Assembly (NCBI GenBank): GCA_963729045.1
Contig: CAVSMN010000012.1
Location: 288,001 to 352,000, forward strand
Source of the DNA: an uncultured Nitrososphaeraceae archaeon
GTDB taxonomy: Archaea; Thermoproteota; Nitrososphaeria; Nitrososphaerales; Nitrososphaeraceae
Length of the DNA stretch: 64,000 bases
Direction of reading: 5' to 3'
The notes beneath the pieces were generated by a model. It saw only the letters and a list, made by a program, of their open reading frames with translations. It had not been told where the DNA came from and did no database searches. Of this stretch, positions 52,544 to 63,936 are shown piece by piece; within the stretch, counting starts at the first letter, position 1, and each line of letters starts with the position of its first letter. The translations under genes were made by a program, and so were the position numbers.

Positions 52544-53448
52544 CTAATTTGAAGCCAAATTTGATAATTGGTCAAGGATTTGTCGAGCCTTAGTAGCGCT
52601 TTTTTCCTTGTCTTTTATTTCAAGCATAAGGTCGTAACTATAATCAATTGTAGAAGATAAAAAGTTCTTGAACTTCATTACATCCAAAGTATTAGCATGT
52701 TTTCCTTTCCTGAAATTTGGTTCTTGATTACTATAGTCAATCATCAGTACCCCATCTCTGTTTTTCTCCCACGTATTGTCTGCAGAACTTATGGCATCTT
52801 GTACCGATACGGCCATCATTCTTACATTCGTGGTGAAATACATCCAACAAGACGGGAACATTCGTTTTGTCGTGTATTTTTAAGCAATCATTTAAACTAA
52901 AACGATAATCATCATTTTCGATTGCCATTCTCGACCTAACCTCATCAGACAAGAGTGTATTATAGTTTTTGATGAACCTATCCAATGAGGAGATTTTGTC
53001 ATCATAAGTTCCTCCAACGTGGATCTGAATTTTTGCAGTGTTATCTAGCTTCATTGCGTTGAGGAGGGCAGTTTGGTAATTGATTTCTCTTATTCCGTTT
53101 TTCTACAACTTCATTATTTGGTGAATTCAATATGACAAATTGGTCTGGGTGCATGGAAATTCTGATTTTCTTTTCTTTAGCAATTTGACCGATATAAAAC
53201 AAATCTTTCTTGAAATAATTTTCCCAATCAAATTTGCATATTGGGTGTGAAGCGAATGGAATTATGTCAGAACTGATTCTAAAAAACAGGAAATCATGTT
53301 GAATATTATAGTCCAAGATATCTTTGAGTACCTCAAGATTATAACTGACCGCCTTGATTAATTTTTCTTCAGAGTACGAAGATATTCTAAACGTGGAAAT
53401 AGTTTTTTTTCCTAACGATTGGTTAATGCACGGATATCCTATTTTCAT
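52544..53448 (-). CDS. uvsE: UV DNA damage endonuclease (UVDE), split into three ORFs by indels
   Basis: MKIGYPCIN, FFRISSD, ISMHPDQF, IHVGG, IENDD, LDVFHH, GKHA, MLEIKDKE. Confidence 0.92.
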
Positions 53449-53833
53449 TACTCAGACTTTTTCTTCCAAAAATTGTTGGAGGTTTGATTCTAGTAATGAA
53501 AGATTCGCCTCTAGTATCAGATTCCAAAATCGTTTTGGCTATTATTACTAAGGACCTCTTGATATTTGATGTTTTGTATTTTGGGTCAGTTGTAGGGTAT
53601 AGTCTCACAGTTATCTTATCAGACTTTTTGATCAATTGAATAAAATAGTTTTGGGTAAATCTGGGTTCGATTGTTATTGTGTTTATTAGAATAGTATCTT
53701 TGGAAACACTTTGAAATGATTCCTTAAAATTATAAATGCATCCTCCATCGAGGGTGCTTCTAATAATCCTACCTTTAAAGTCGCTATGAATCAGGTCAAA
53801 GTTGACTAGACTATTTATGATAATGTGAGGCAT
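53423..53833 (-). CDS. Hypothetical protein upstream of uvsE
   Basis: 136-aa ORF overlapping the uvsE start. Its 3' end may be frameshifted. Confidence 0.6.
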   Translation of the reverse strand: MPHIIINSLVNFDLIHSDFKGRIIRSTLDGGCIYNFKESFQSVSKDTILINTITIEPRFTQNYFIQLIKKSDKITVRLYPTTDPKYKTSNIKRSLVIIAKTILESDTRGESFITRIKPPTIFGRKSLSNENRISVH

Positions 53834-54004
53834 TATTCAAAAAGAGTTTTTTTATAGTTTACCTGGGAACAATAACTAAAATCAGACCTATGAAAATTCT
53901 TTTGACTTCATTCTCGATTCTTGATTTCTTTATTGAAAAGGGTGGGAAAAAGATGATTCAATACCAGTAAAAACCTCCAAGAACAAATCGATTCCAAATA
54001 TATA

Positions 54005-54604
54005 CTATGATTTTGAGGACAAATTTTCTAAAGTCAATAATTCATTCGCACTCCTTGATAAGGTTTTGAGTTCCATCAATCTACCCGAAATGTATCCCAA
54101 AAGTACGCCGTAAATGATATGAAAAGCTAGGGAACCCAGTATGATTATAGGGTAAAGACCTTCAAAATTTGTGACTATCGAATATACATACTGATTGGGG
54201 GTTATTGAATTTCTAAATGAATCAATCATCGGTTGAATAGCGAATGTTGCTACTGGTACAAATAACAATGTCCATAAAACTACTCCCACAATAATCCCAG
54301 TTACCATGCCATGCCTTGCATTATAAGGAGAGATGCGACGCCAAAATATTGATACTTGCCCAAAAATATTACCAGCAATGGTACCTGTTAATAAATGTAA
54401 AGCAAAACCAATTAAAGGAGCAGCAGCGGGATCATAGAAACCCAGTGATACTCCTATTATTCCAAAAAATGAACCAGGTGGCGTTTGGGAAATAACATCT
54501 ATTGAAACTAACAATCCTGATATTCCCCAAGATGCAATGAAACCTGCTAGGGAACAATAAAGTATGAACAATTTTGGGGAATCTTCAATTTTGAATTTTA
54601 GCAT
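54005..54604 (-). CDS. Integral membrane protein with His in TM helices
   Basis: About 4 TM segments, with GFALHLLTG and LAFHIIYGVLLG. Confidence 0.75.
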   Translation of the reverse strand: MLKFKIEDSPKLFILYCSLAGFIASWGISGLLVSIDVISQTPPGSFFGIIGVSLGFYDPAAAPLIGFALHLLTGTIAGNIFGQVSIFWRRISPYNARHGMVTGIIVGVVLWTLLFVPVATFAIQPMIDSFRNSITPNQYVYSIVTNFEGLYPIIILGSLAFHIIYGVLLGYISGRLMELKTLSRSANELLTLENLSSKS

Positions 54605-54766
54605 AGCCTGATATGGATAATCTATTATTTAAGAAATAGTAAAAACGATACCATAATGCCTAACTCTTTATAACACCTGTTTCATTTCCCAGCATTCTTT
54701 AGAAAGGTGCTCAAGACTTATTCTAGCACCTAAGAGTATTTTTTAATTCTCAAAATTTGCTTGGAT

Positions 54767-56186
54767 TTATTGACGCTCGAGGAATCCCTGCTCCGTTTTA
54801 TTTTCAATCTGACGGCCCAAAAGAAGTCTTACAGCATCCTCTAAATTGGTATTCATGAAGGGATAACCAGAAGTCAATAGCTTTTGGGGTTTTACAACAC
54901 CATTGGAATCGCTAATGGTATCCGCGAAATCTCCAACCGCTAGTTTCATGAATCCATAGCCAATTCTCAAAAAAATCTGATTTTCTAATATTTTTGAAAT
55001 TAGTTTCAAAAAAATCTGAAGCCTTTACCGGGTTGGGAGACACTATGTTAATAGGTCCACGGATGTTAGTGTTTCCAATCACATACAAGATACATCCTAT
55101 GACATCCTCAATTGATACCCAATTAATAACGTTAGTTCCTTTACCAAATCCTATTCCTGTTTTTAGGTAAGAAGCAAGAGTAAGTGGTTTCAATATTCCT
55201 CCCCTTGGAGATAGTATTAGACCAAAACGGGCATTTATCACCCTGATACCTATAGCTTCAACAGATTTTGAATGCGATTCCCAGTCAACACACAAGTTGG
55301 CTAGAAACCCATCTCCTGCTGTAGTTTCTTCTGTGACAACCTCTTCGCCACGATTTCCGTAATAACCAATTGCTGAAGCACATAATAAAGTTGAAGGAGG
55401 TTTTTTAAGTTTCTTTAAGGTGTTGCATAATAGTTCGGTTGTTTTCACTCGGCTATCACGTATGCGCTTTTTCTTTGATTCTGACCATCTACCACCTATG
55501 TTTTCTCCGGACAAATGGATAATAATGTCAAATCCTTCTAGATCAATTGGGTCAATCATTCCAGTTTCAGGATCCCAAACTCTGAAATTTGAACTGTTAT
55601 CGCTCTCAGGGTATTTGGAAGTGGGCCTTACCAATCTTGAAATCTTGTGTTCTCCAGCGGTTTCTAGAAAAGGTATCAGAGCAGATCCAATTAGCCCAGT
55701 AGATCCGCTAATTAGAATTCTTTTTCCCCTATTCTCCTTTAGCAGGCCCCATAATTTCAAATCATTTTGCAATATTCGATGTCGATAACTGAACATTTGA
55801 ATTAGGGTTTTATTGATTCGATTCCTGAAAATATTAAATCTATTTAATCCGTACGGTAAAGAATACTTTATTTTGTCCTCCATTATACATCCGCTTATTT
55901 CATTAGGAGCAAACGAGTGGGTATGTATCCAAGTCTTTAACGGCCCTTTGATCATTTCATCTTGAAATATTTGATCTTGAATGTATCCAAAGTGCTTTGC
56001 AATCCATTTTAATTTTAGCGGTCCATATTGCAATACTAGGATACAAATTGCTCCATTTTCTAGTCCATTATTTCGTTTAATGATTTTTAGAAAACTCCAA
56101 GGCGGGATCATTCTATCTATTGCTCTATATCTTGCGTGATAATTGAAAGCATCATGTACCTCGTAAGGGATTTCAACCCGTTTCAT
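54767..56186 (-). CDS. SRPBCC + TIGR01777 (YfcH-like) NAD-dependent epimerase fusion, frameshifted near 55010
   Basis: KGP..W.HTH.F, ISGSTGLIG, HLSGENI..RW, ASAIGYYG, FLA.LC.DWE, P.KL...GY.F. Confidence 0.88.
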
Positions 56187-56920
56187 AAAAAATGCGGTTT
56201 TGTTTGATGTAATCGCTTGAATCTTTCAATAAAATGATCTAAATCTAGTATTCACCTTAATCTGTTTTTTGCAATAAAATTTAAGTGTTGGCAGCAGAGA
56301 AATACACATAGATAAATAAAATTATCTTTAAGTTTCGTATGTATAGTATATTTTTTGCTCATGCTGATCTTTTTTGTTTCAAAAATTGATAATTCTTTTC
56401 ATTCATTCCGCTTCTAGTCGATTTGATCTCTTCAAAGCAAATTAAATAGATATTAAAAGACTAACTAACAACTCATAAACCTAGAATAACATATTAAAAT
56501 TTAAAACTGTTATCTTTATTGTTTTCATCATATTGGCTGTAAAACGGATGTTGCAAGCTAGTTAATTGTTTTCGACACATTGTACAATCCATTTGAAAAC
56601 TATTTTTGTCAATCCAATGAATTTATTTAACCCTCTAGTAGTCAATGTATCTAAGAGGGATGAGGGAAATGTATTTTTAATACATTCAAGATGCAAATCC
56701 TCAATTTTTGAATTCATTTAATATTTATGGATCACTATTTTGTTTAATTAGAACCTGAGATATAGGAAAATATGAAAAATTATGCCAAACAACAGACGGA
56801 TGTTTTTTGCACTGGGCAGACCTTAATTCTATGCAGTGATAGTCATGATCTACTTCACAATGAGTCAGATCATTCTGAACTTATAGGGGCGCTCAATTTG
56901 GTACCAAAAACTAAGAGAAT

Positions 56921-57877
56921 TTGAATATCTTGAGATATCAATTCAGAGATTGGAGAATGAGATATAAATTGAAGAATGATGAAATGTGGCCAACACTTCC
57001 TGTTGCTACCTGGAAGGAAACATATGAAACGTTGCATATGTTAACACAAATCGTGGGCAAGATTCGGCTTGCAACTACCCCAATGGAAAATCATTGGTGG
57101 AACTCTACACTATATGTTACACCAAACGGGCTAACCACATCCGTGATGTACTATAATGATATCCCTTTTAAAATCGAATTTGATTTGAACAAACATTTCT
57201 TAATTATTGAGCAAGCTTTTGGTTACGTTAAGAAAATTCCCCTAGAGTCAAGACCCGTAGCAGATTATTATAAGGATATAATGTCAACACTGGAATCAAT
57301 TGGTATTTCATTAAGGATCTGGAGTACACCAGTTGAGGTGGAAAATGGAATTCCATTTGAGAAAGATTATACCCATTCAACCTACGACAGTGATTCGGCC
57401 AACAAATTTTGGCGGATACTTATACAGTCCTCACGATTATTTACAGAATTTAGATCAAGTTTTTTGGGCAAGGTCAGTCCAGTTCATTTTTTTTGGGGAG
57501 CTTTTGATTTGGCTGTAACTCGTTTTTCTGGACGAAGAGCTCCTGTTCATCCTGGCGTTCCTAACTGTCCGCAACATGTAATGGTCGAAGCATATTCTCA
57601 TGAAGTTAGCAGTTGTGGATTATGGCCAGGAGGTGGACCATTTGAAGGACCAGTATATTATTCGTATTCATACCCTGAGCCTCAAGGATTCAAAGATGCT
57701 AAAGTCGAGCCTGCAGGAGCGTATTACGAGGGCAGCATGGGTGAATTTATTTTGCCTTATGAGAATGTTCGGAAAAGCGAGTCACCAGATCAATCATTAC
57801 TTAGCTTCCTTCAGAGTACTTATGAAGCTGCGGCTGAGGCAGCAAAGTGGGAACGTACCATGTTGGAAAGACAATAA
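56921..57877 (+). CDS. DUF5996-like protein
   Basis: WP.L....W..T..TLH...QIVGK.RL, NHWW, SPVHFFWGAFDLAVTRFSG, EAYSHEVSS.G.WPG. Confidence 0.8.
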   Translation: MNILRYQFRDWRMRYKLKNDEMWPTLPVATWKETYETLHMLTQIVGKIRLATTPMENHWWNSTLYVTPNGLTTSVMYYNDIPFKIEFDLNKHFLIIEQAFGYVKKIPLESRPVADYYKDIMSTLESIGISLRIWSTPVEVENGIPFEKDYTHSTYDSDSANKFWRILIQSSRLFTEFRSSFLGKVSPVHFFWGAFDLAVTRFSGRRAPVHPGVPNCPQHVMVEAYSHEVSSCGLWPGGGPFEGPVYYSYSYPEPQGFKDAKVEPAGAYYEGSMGEFILPYENVRKSESPDQSLLSFLQSTYEAAAEAAKWERTMLERQ

Positions 57878-58503
57878 CAGTCTTAATTGGAGTCCTATAT
57901 CGAATTGTCAGTATGCCTTGGCTTGAGAGGCTACCGATCTATTCCATGCTAATTCAAATGATAAATTACAATATTAAGCACAATTTCGCTGTTGATACCA
58001 TCTCCCTAAGCCACATAATTCCAAAACCATATATCGGATCCATCATAAAATTTTAAAATAATTCTTCTTATGGATGTTTGAATTAAGTATGTTGCAGGAC
58101 AAAAAAATCCACTGTTTTCTATTATTTTAGAACTAAGTTTTATCGTCTCTTGAGAAGCAGCAATATTATTCCATGCAGTTACACCATTCTAGTTTAATCC
58201 CTAGGATATGATTTAGATCTCATACCCCGATTGACAACTACGCAAAACAACTAATAAGATATGAACGATGGTTCTTACTTTCTAATCAAAATAATTGAAC
58301 TCACCTAATCACACAACATTGACTTTAATTTCCGAATCTTCATTCCATTTTGGTGATGCAAATGACAATTCCCTGTTCTCTACTAATATCCTTTATTGTC
58401 CTAATGACGATTGCATACTCTGAGCTTCTGTAAATGACTTGAATTTAAATGTCTTTAAACAGGAAGATCCATGAGGTTCTTATTATTAACTATCTTACAT
58501 GTT

Positions 58504-59539
58504 TTAGTTAGTGGTATCCATATTAGGATAAATAATTTTAAAGTCATCCTTCATGCTGACGGTAATCCAGTTTCGGTTTTGTGCTTCTATTAGCGCATTT
58601 TTAGCATGTATGTCATAGGAATATTCTCTCATGGCATCGTCGTGATGGACTAGAATTTGAAGTGATCTGCCGGGATGTTATTATCTTCAGTATATGTAAG
58701 CATCTCCAAATCTCCATCTGAATTTCCGACTGCTAATACGGGCACTTTTCCTATATGGAGCTGAATATTTTCTGGTTTTACTTCGTTGTCATTATAAAAA
58801 GCTAATTTTGACTCTCTAAAAATGCTCGATTTACTTCTGTTGGTTCCTTTAATGTATCTGAATTTTATGCTACTGCCTATTATCTGATCTGAAGGTATTC
58901 CGTACACATCAGAAAGAGATTCTCTTACAAAGTCTACTCCACCAGCAGAAACAATGAATGTTTTAAAATAATTATGCTTAAGAAAATCGATAAGTTCGAT
59001 CATTGGCTGGTATACCATCTGCACAAATCTTTTTTCGCGTATGGGGATGTTGTGCTGTCTTAATCCACATGTTTACCATTTTATTGAATTCGAGTTGTGT
59101 AATATTTGAATGAGTTAACAAAACGAGTGACATGATATCCTTTTTACTTAAATGTAAATTTGCAAAATCCTTATTCAGAAGTTGTTTGATCAGTGGATCA
59201 CGTTTTAATTCTGGATTTGACTTTGACAATTCTTCAAGTCTATCGAGGACGAAAATGCCCTGGAAATAAGTTGGTTTTTCTGCCCATAAAGTTCCGTCAT
59301 TATCCATGACTTGCGATTCTGTCTTCTGGCGGAATGTAATTGGGATTTTCTAGATCGATTACACCTGTTATAAAATTTAATATTCTTTCTTTTACCATAC
59401 CTTGGTTCCAAGAAGGAAGTGGATCTATCGTGGTTGAATACTTTTTTTCTGAAATCGACAATGTTTGAATAGAAATCAATGATTGTTTATATCCTAATCT
59501 TCTTATCAGCTCCAGAAGTCTTGACAAGTGATTCGGCAC
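58504..59539 (-). CDS. HAD-superfamily phosphatase (NapD-like), multiply frameshifted; may be a pseudogene
   Basis: LPSWN.G..K, DNDGTLWAEKP, YQPM.EL, VSAGG, GNSDGD..ML, HDDA.REY.YD, W..VSMKDDF. Confidence 0.8.
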
Positions 59540-60051
59540 TGACAGACATACGGACTAATAATCATATCTTTTCAATGAGACTCACACAAAGAAATTAACC
59601 TTTTGAGTTGCAATCACCCTTTTTACCTCATAAATAAAAGAACTTTTTCCAATCTTTTTAGATACTCTTCCTTTGTAACGGGTAATTTCACAGTAAAGGA
59701 AAACAATGACCACAAATTCTGTCGAGTTTGTCACCTTAATTTGATTTTGATTTTGTCTACTACTTCCTTTATTTCACATTCTAAAATGTAAAATTGAACT
59801 TTGAGAGAAGTTAACAGCATAGGCACAAAGGGCTTTATACCGAAATCGATTCTTTAGCTTGTTTAAAAGCCTCTTATTTTAGGAAATTTTTTATGAGGTA
59901 CTCTATTATGAATTTAGTTGCCAAGTTAAAGGAATTATGAGCAGATTCATCTTCTCATGATAAGTCTAGATGGTTTGAATATTTGGTAGGATTTGTCAAG
60001 TTTCTGTCATATTGACGGTCAAGACAATGTAGTAAAAAAGCGACTGATGAA

Positions 60052-60288
60052 TTATTCTCGTTGTTGTCTTCCTTGTTCTTCCATTTGTTTAACATATTCT
60101 CTGGCCATATTAAGCATGGTGGGCTTGACTGAATCACAAAATAGCGTACATAAGAAGTCAAAGTTTGATTCAGTCATTTGCATGTACGTTTTATGATAAT
60201 TAACTGCAAAATTATACCATACATCCTGCATTATCTTAAAATAATCATTCGTTAGATAATACTTTTCTGATTTTGTTTTGTCACTCAT
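60052..60288 (-). CDS. Small hypothetical helical protein
   Basis: 78-aa ATG-started ORF with a TATA-like element upstream. Confidence 0.5.
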   Translation of the reverse strand: MSDKTKSEKYYLTNDYFKIMQDVWYNFAVNYHKTYMQMTESNFDFLCTLFCDSVKPTMLNMAREYVKQMEEQGRQQRE

Positions 60289-60991
60289 ACTACTGAAATT
60301 TTGTAACTTCTATAAAAAGTAATTACCTCCTAAAAGAATGAAATTTCGATTTATTGAATTATCTATAGTTTCTAGACTCTATGATAGGCTTGTTTGACAA
60401 GGACCATTTGCTAAATTTCTCTTATTCTTTTCCAGTAAAATGAGCATTCAGTTGTATTAATTCTTGTAATTTTTTATAAAATTCCATTGCAACCCTCTTA
60501 GATCTCCCCACTTGTTGATAAACTCTAATCTAAAAAACAAATGAATTTCTAATAAAATTAGGAATTGCAATCCGACAATTACCTATGAGAAGAGGTTTGG
60601 CTTAACTTCTCACAGGCTAGAGAGACATTGGCTGAGATACTTCAAATATAGAAGTGTTGATTTAGAATTTAAGCTTTAGGGGAATTAAGTTCTATACTAT
60701 TATAACATAAATAGCTAGTTAGGAGGAGAACGTATATTTCACCTATTATCATTGGGAGGATTTCCAAAAGAACCTAAGGGCGACGTAGAGGCTAAGACCA
60801 GCAGCAACAAAAAACAAAGCATTTTTGAATTAACCCGTTGGATAATATCTCTAGGGTTCGGTGTCTAAAGGAACTAACTTCGATATGATCTGCGATAGCA
60901 ACCGAAATGTAAGACGATTAGATCCGATAGAGTTTTCCCTTATCTTCTTCTTTCTCTAATTTGACGGCACATATTTAAACGTCCTCTAAAA

Positions 60992-61579
60992 GTGTTACTT
61001 ATGAGACGTGACCGGCTTTACAAAATCCTAGAATCATACCCTATTTTTGTACCTGCTATTGTAGCAATATTGATTGTAATTTTTGGGGGTATCGGGGTGT
61101 ATCTGGCCGAACACAATCATCCAGGCGCAAATATAACTAACTTAGGCAACGCCTTTTGGTGGGCCATAGTTACAATCACAACAGTAGGATATGGTGAATA
61201 TTTCCCACTCACTTTCGTTGGACGGGTGATTGGGGTATTAGTGATGCTCACAGGAATCGGTACTGCTGTAGTCATCGTAACTATCTTTGCGGACAGGAGA
61301 CTAAAGGATTTAGAGTCAAGGTTAAAGCCAAAGACTGATGTACATGCAAGATTATTCGGTGCTGAAACAAAGACTGATATAAAAGTCAAGATTGACGGGA
61401 TAGAGAATTTGACTGAAGAGGATTTTGATAATCTTATCATTATGATGAAAAGTCTGCGACGTACTTTACTTGAGGAGTCCAAGAACTTATCCAAGTGCTC
61501 GGTATGTGGTAACGCCTATTATAATAAACCTAAATTTTGCAGCAATTGTGGTTTTAAACTTACTTCAAATATCCATTAA
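60992..61579 (+). CDS. 2-TM potassium channel with C-terminal zinc ribbon
   Basis: AFWWAIVTITTVGYGE.FP.T..GR filter, and CSVCG......KFCSNCG tail. Confidence 0.92.
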   Translation: MLLMRRDRLYKILESYPIFVPAIVAILIVIFGGIGVYLAEHNHPGANITNLGNAFWWAIVTITTVGYGEYFPLTFVGRVIGVLVMLTGIGTAVVIVTIFADRRLKDLESRLKPKTDVHARLFGAETKTDIKVKIDGIENLTEEDFDNLIIMMKSLRRTLLEESKNLSKCSVCGNAYYNKPKFCSNCGFKLTSNIH

Positions 61580-61594
61580 ACTAGATTAAAGTGA

Positions 61595-62368
61595 AATCCT
61601 GATCTATTTTTACCATATGCGAGTATATACGAATCACTCAGAGAGTTCGGGTATCATTTACCAGAATTAAAAAAGACTTTAAATGAACTAGTCAAATGTA
61701 AATATGTCTTATCTGCAGAAAAAATCCCATTTAGAGAAATGGATTTGATTAGAACTCTTAATCAGTGTAATATTCGTCATAATCTTATAATAATTAATTC
61801 ATTTAAGAAAACTCTCCTGAATAATAATCCTGACGTATTTTCATTACAATGAATAGATGCATATAATATAACACATACAATTTTTTACCAAACTGATTTT
61901 GGATTTTCAAATAAGATTGAAGTTGACACAAGAAAAATGTCACAAATAAAATGGATATTGAATACTTTATTGGTTATCTATACGATTGATCAGGATTGGG
62001 ATGTTATCGCTGAATTATTAGTTTGTTGTGACTGCCTGTACTGGCATCCCCCATTTTACCAAACAGCATGGGAACAGCTGATAGCGGCTCAAAAACCTAA
62101 TGGTAGTGTTCCTCGATTTAGCAAATCAATGATTATAAATGATAAAGATCTTGGTTCTTCTAAACTAAAAATTTTTGAAAATCACTATCCTACAACTATA
62201 GTAACTGCGTTGGTATGTATATTACGACGTAATAGTAGCAATATGAATGATTTTGGCGTATTTGTTTATAGTCCTAAAGTATATGAGTGTTTTAAATGCG
62301 ATTCCTATAATATAGTCTATAAACTAAACCTCCTTATCTTCAATTATGTAAATATATTCTTCATTTGA
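61595..62368 (+). pseudogene. 5'-truncated gene resembling DUF6895, with an in-frame TGA at 61850
   Basis: Continuous frame ...EKIPFREMD...Q*IDAYNITHTIFYQTDFG...DVIAELL...AQKPNGSVP, with no start codon. Confidence 0.6.
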
Positions 62369-62708
62369 ATCTTGAGATGTGATTTGTGGGTGGCTTATTT
62401 TCCTTCCCTCAATATTGGTCATACGCGTTCACATCTATTGTATAAACACAATCCAGCCAGTTAAATGCTCCTTGAATCCCATTCTCCGAAAGTATTCTTC
62501 CTAAGTTTTCTTGCACTAATCTATCTGGTTCGATGAGATGCAATACACTTGTGTTTGCAACTTCAACCAGATAATTATGATGTGCTGATTCTAAACACAC
62601 TGTCAAAAGACGAATATTATTCGTAAAGACTTTTGGTTTGAGTAGACATTCGTATCTCGCAATAATAATAAATCTTTTTACGTTATAATTGACTATCTAT
62701 TTTGGTAA

Positions 62709-63905
62709 TTGTCTTCAGAAGGTAAACGGGTCTTAATTTTGGGTGCAGGATTCGGAGGGTTAACAACTGCTAATTTATTGCAGAAAAATCTTTCTTTATC
62801 CTCAGTAAAACATCAAATTAGTATTGTCGACTCCAAAGACTATTTCATAATGGGACTTGTAAATTTATGGATTTTAAGTGGAATAAGAACACTGGATGAT
62901 TCTAAAATAGCATTAAGCAGGCTAGAAAATAGAGGAATAAGATATTTAAATGCTGAAGTAACGGCAATTGATCCTGTCTCAAGGACTGTCACAATCAAAG
63001 GGAATTCGACTCCTAGATTAGAATATGACTATTTGGTGATAGCATTAGGATCAGAATTTGCACTTGAACATGTCAAGGGATTTTTAGAAAATGGTGGTTC
63101 TAATCTATATGATGCAGAGCAAATTCCAAAATTAAGAGAAAAGATACTTTCATTAAAAAAGGGGAGAATAGTAATATGCATAACCTCTGTTCCATACAAA
63201 TGCCCACCAGCACCATATGAGGCATCTCTCCTTATCAATGATATTTTAGTTAAGAATGGTACAAGGGATTCAATTAATATCGAAATTTATACACCCACTC
63301 CAATTGCTTTGCCTGTAGCTGGAGCAAAAGTGAGTCATGAAGTTATTAACCTTCTTAATGATAACCATGTCAATTTCCATCCGTTACATAAAATAAAGTC
63401 AGTCTCAGACACAAAAGAGATAGAGTTTGAAAATGGACATAGGGTAAAATATGATTTGTTGATAGGTATCCCTCCTCATAAAGTTCCTGAAGTAATAAGG
63501 AATTCTGATCTAGTAAAGCAAGGACAAAACTGGATTAATGTCGACAAGTTCAGTCTTAAGACAGATTATCAAAATGTTTTTGCGATAGGGGATGTAAATG
63601 AAATTAAAGTAACTGAAAATGTGGCTATTCCTAAAGCTGGAGTATTTGCAGAAGCTCAGGCGAAGGTAGTTAACCAACAAATTATTGATGATATTGAAAA
63701 CAACAAGGATAAACGATCATCATCAAAATTTGATGGAAAAGGTTTTTGTTTTATGGAAGTTGGAAATAAGAAGGCAGGGTATATTTCCGCAGATTTTTAT
63801 AATGAAAATGGTCCTGTCACTCTACTTGAGCCACCATCTAAGGAATCATACGAAAAGAAATTAAATTTTGAAAGAAGTAAGGTAAGGGAGTGGTTATTAT
63901 CGTAG
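62709..63905 (+). CDS. Sulfide:quinone oxidoreductase-like FAD-dependent oxidoreductase
   Basis: ILGAGFGG, YDYLVIALG, YKCPPAPYE, VFAIGD, PKAG.FA, and C-terminal GFCFME. Confidence 0.8.
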   Translation: MSSEGKRVLILGAGFGGLTTANLLQKNLSLSSVKHQISIVDSKDYFIMGLVNLWILSGIRTLDDSKIALSRLENRGIRYLNAEVTAIDPVSRTVTIKGNSTPRLEYDYLVIALGSEFALEHVKGFLENGGSNLYDAEQIPKLREKILSLKKGRIVICITSVPYKCPPAPYEASLLINDILVKNGTRDSINIEIYTPTPIALPVAGAKVSHEVINLLNDNHVNFHPLHKIKSVSDTKEIEFENGHRVKYDLLIGIPPHKVPEVIRNSDLVKQGQNWINVDKFSLKTDYQNVFAIGDVNEIKVTENVAIPKAGVFAEAQAKVVNQQIIDDIENNKDKRSSSKFDGKGFCFMEVGNKKAGYISADFYNENGPVTLLEPPSKESYEKKLNFERSKVREWLLS

Positions 63906-63936
63906 TCCGCTACCTGTATGTCTAATGTTCTTTTAC

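Noticed and set aside
61850..61852. Selenocysteine or read-through TGA
   Set aside because: It is not at a Cys-type motif, I saw no SECIS-like element, and the gene lacks a start. A nonsense mutation in a pseudogene is more likely.
62409..62606. 65-aa minus-strand ORF
   Set aside because: It has a TTG start and no recognisable motif. It may be a fragment, but I cannot support it.
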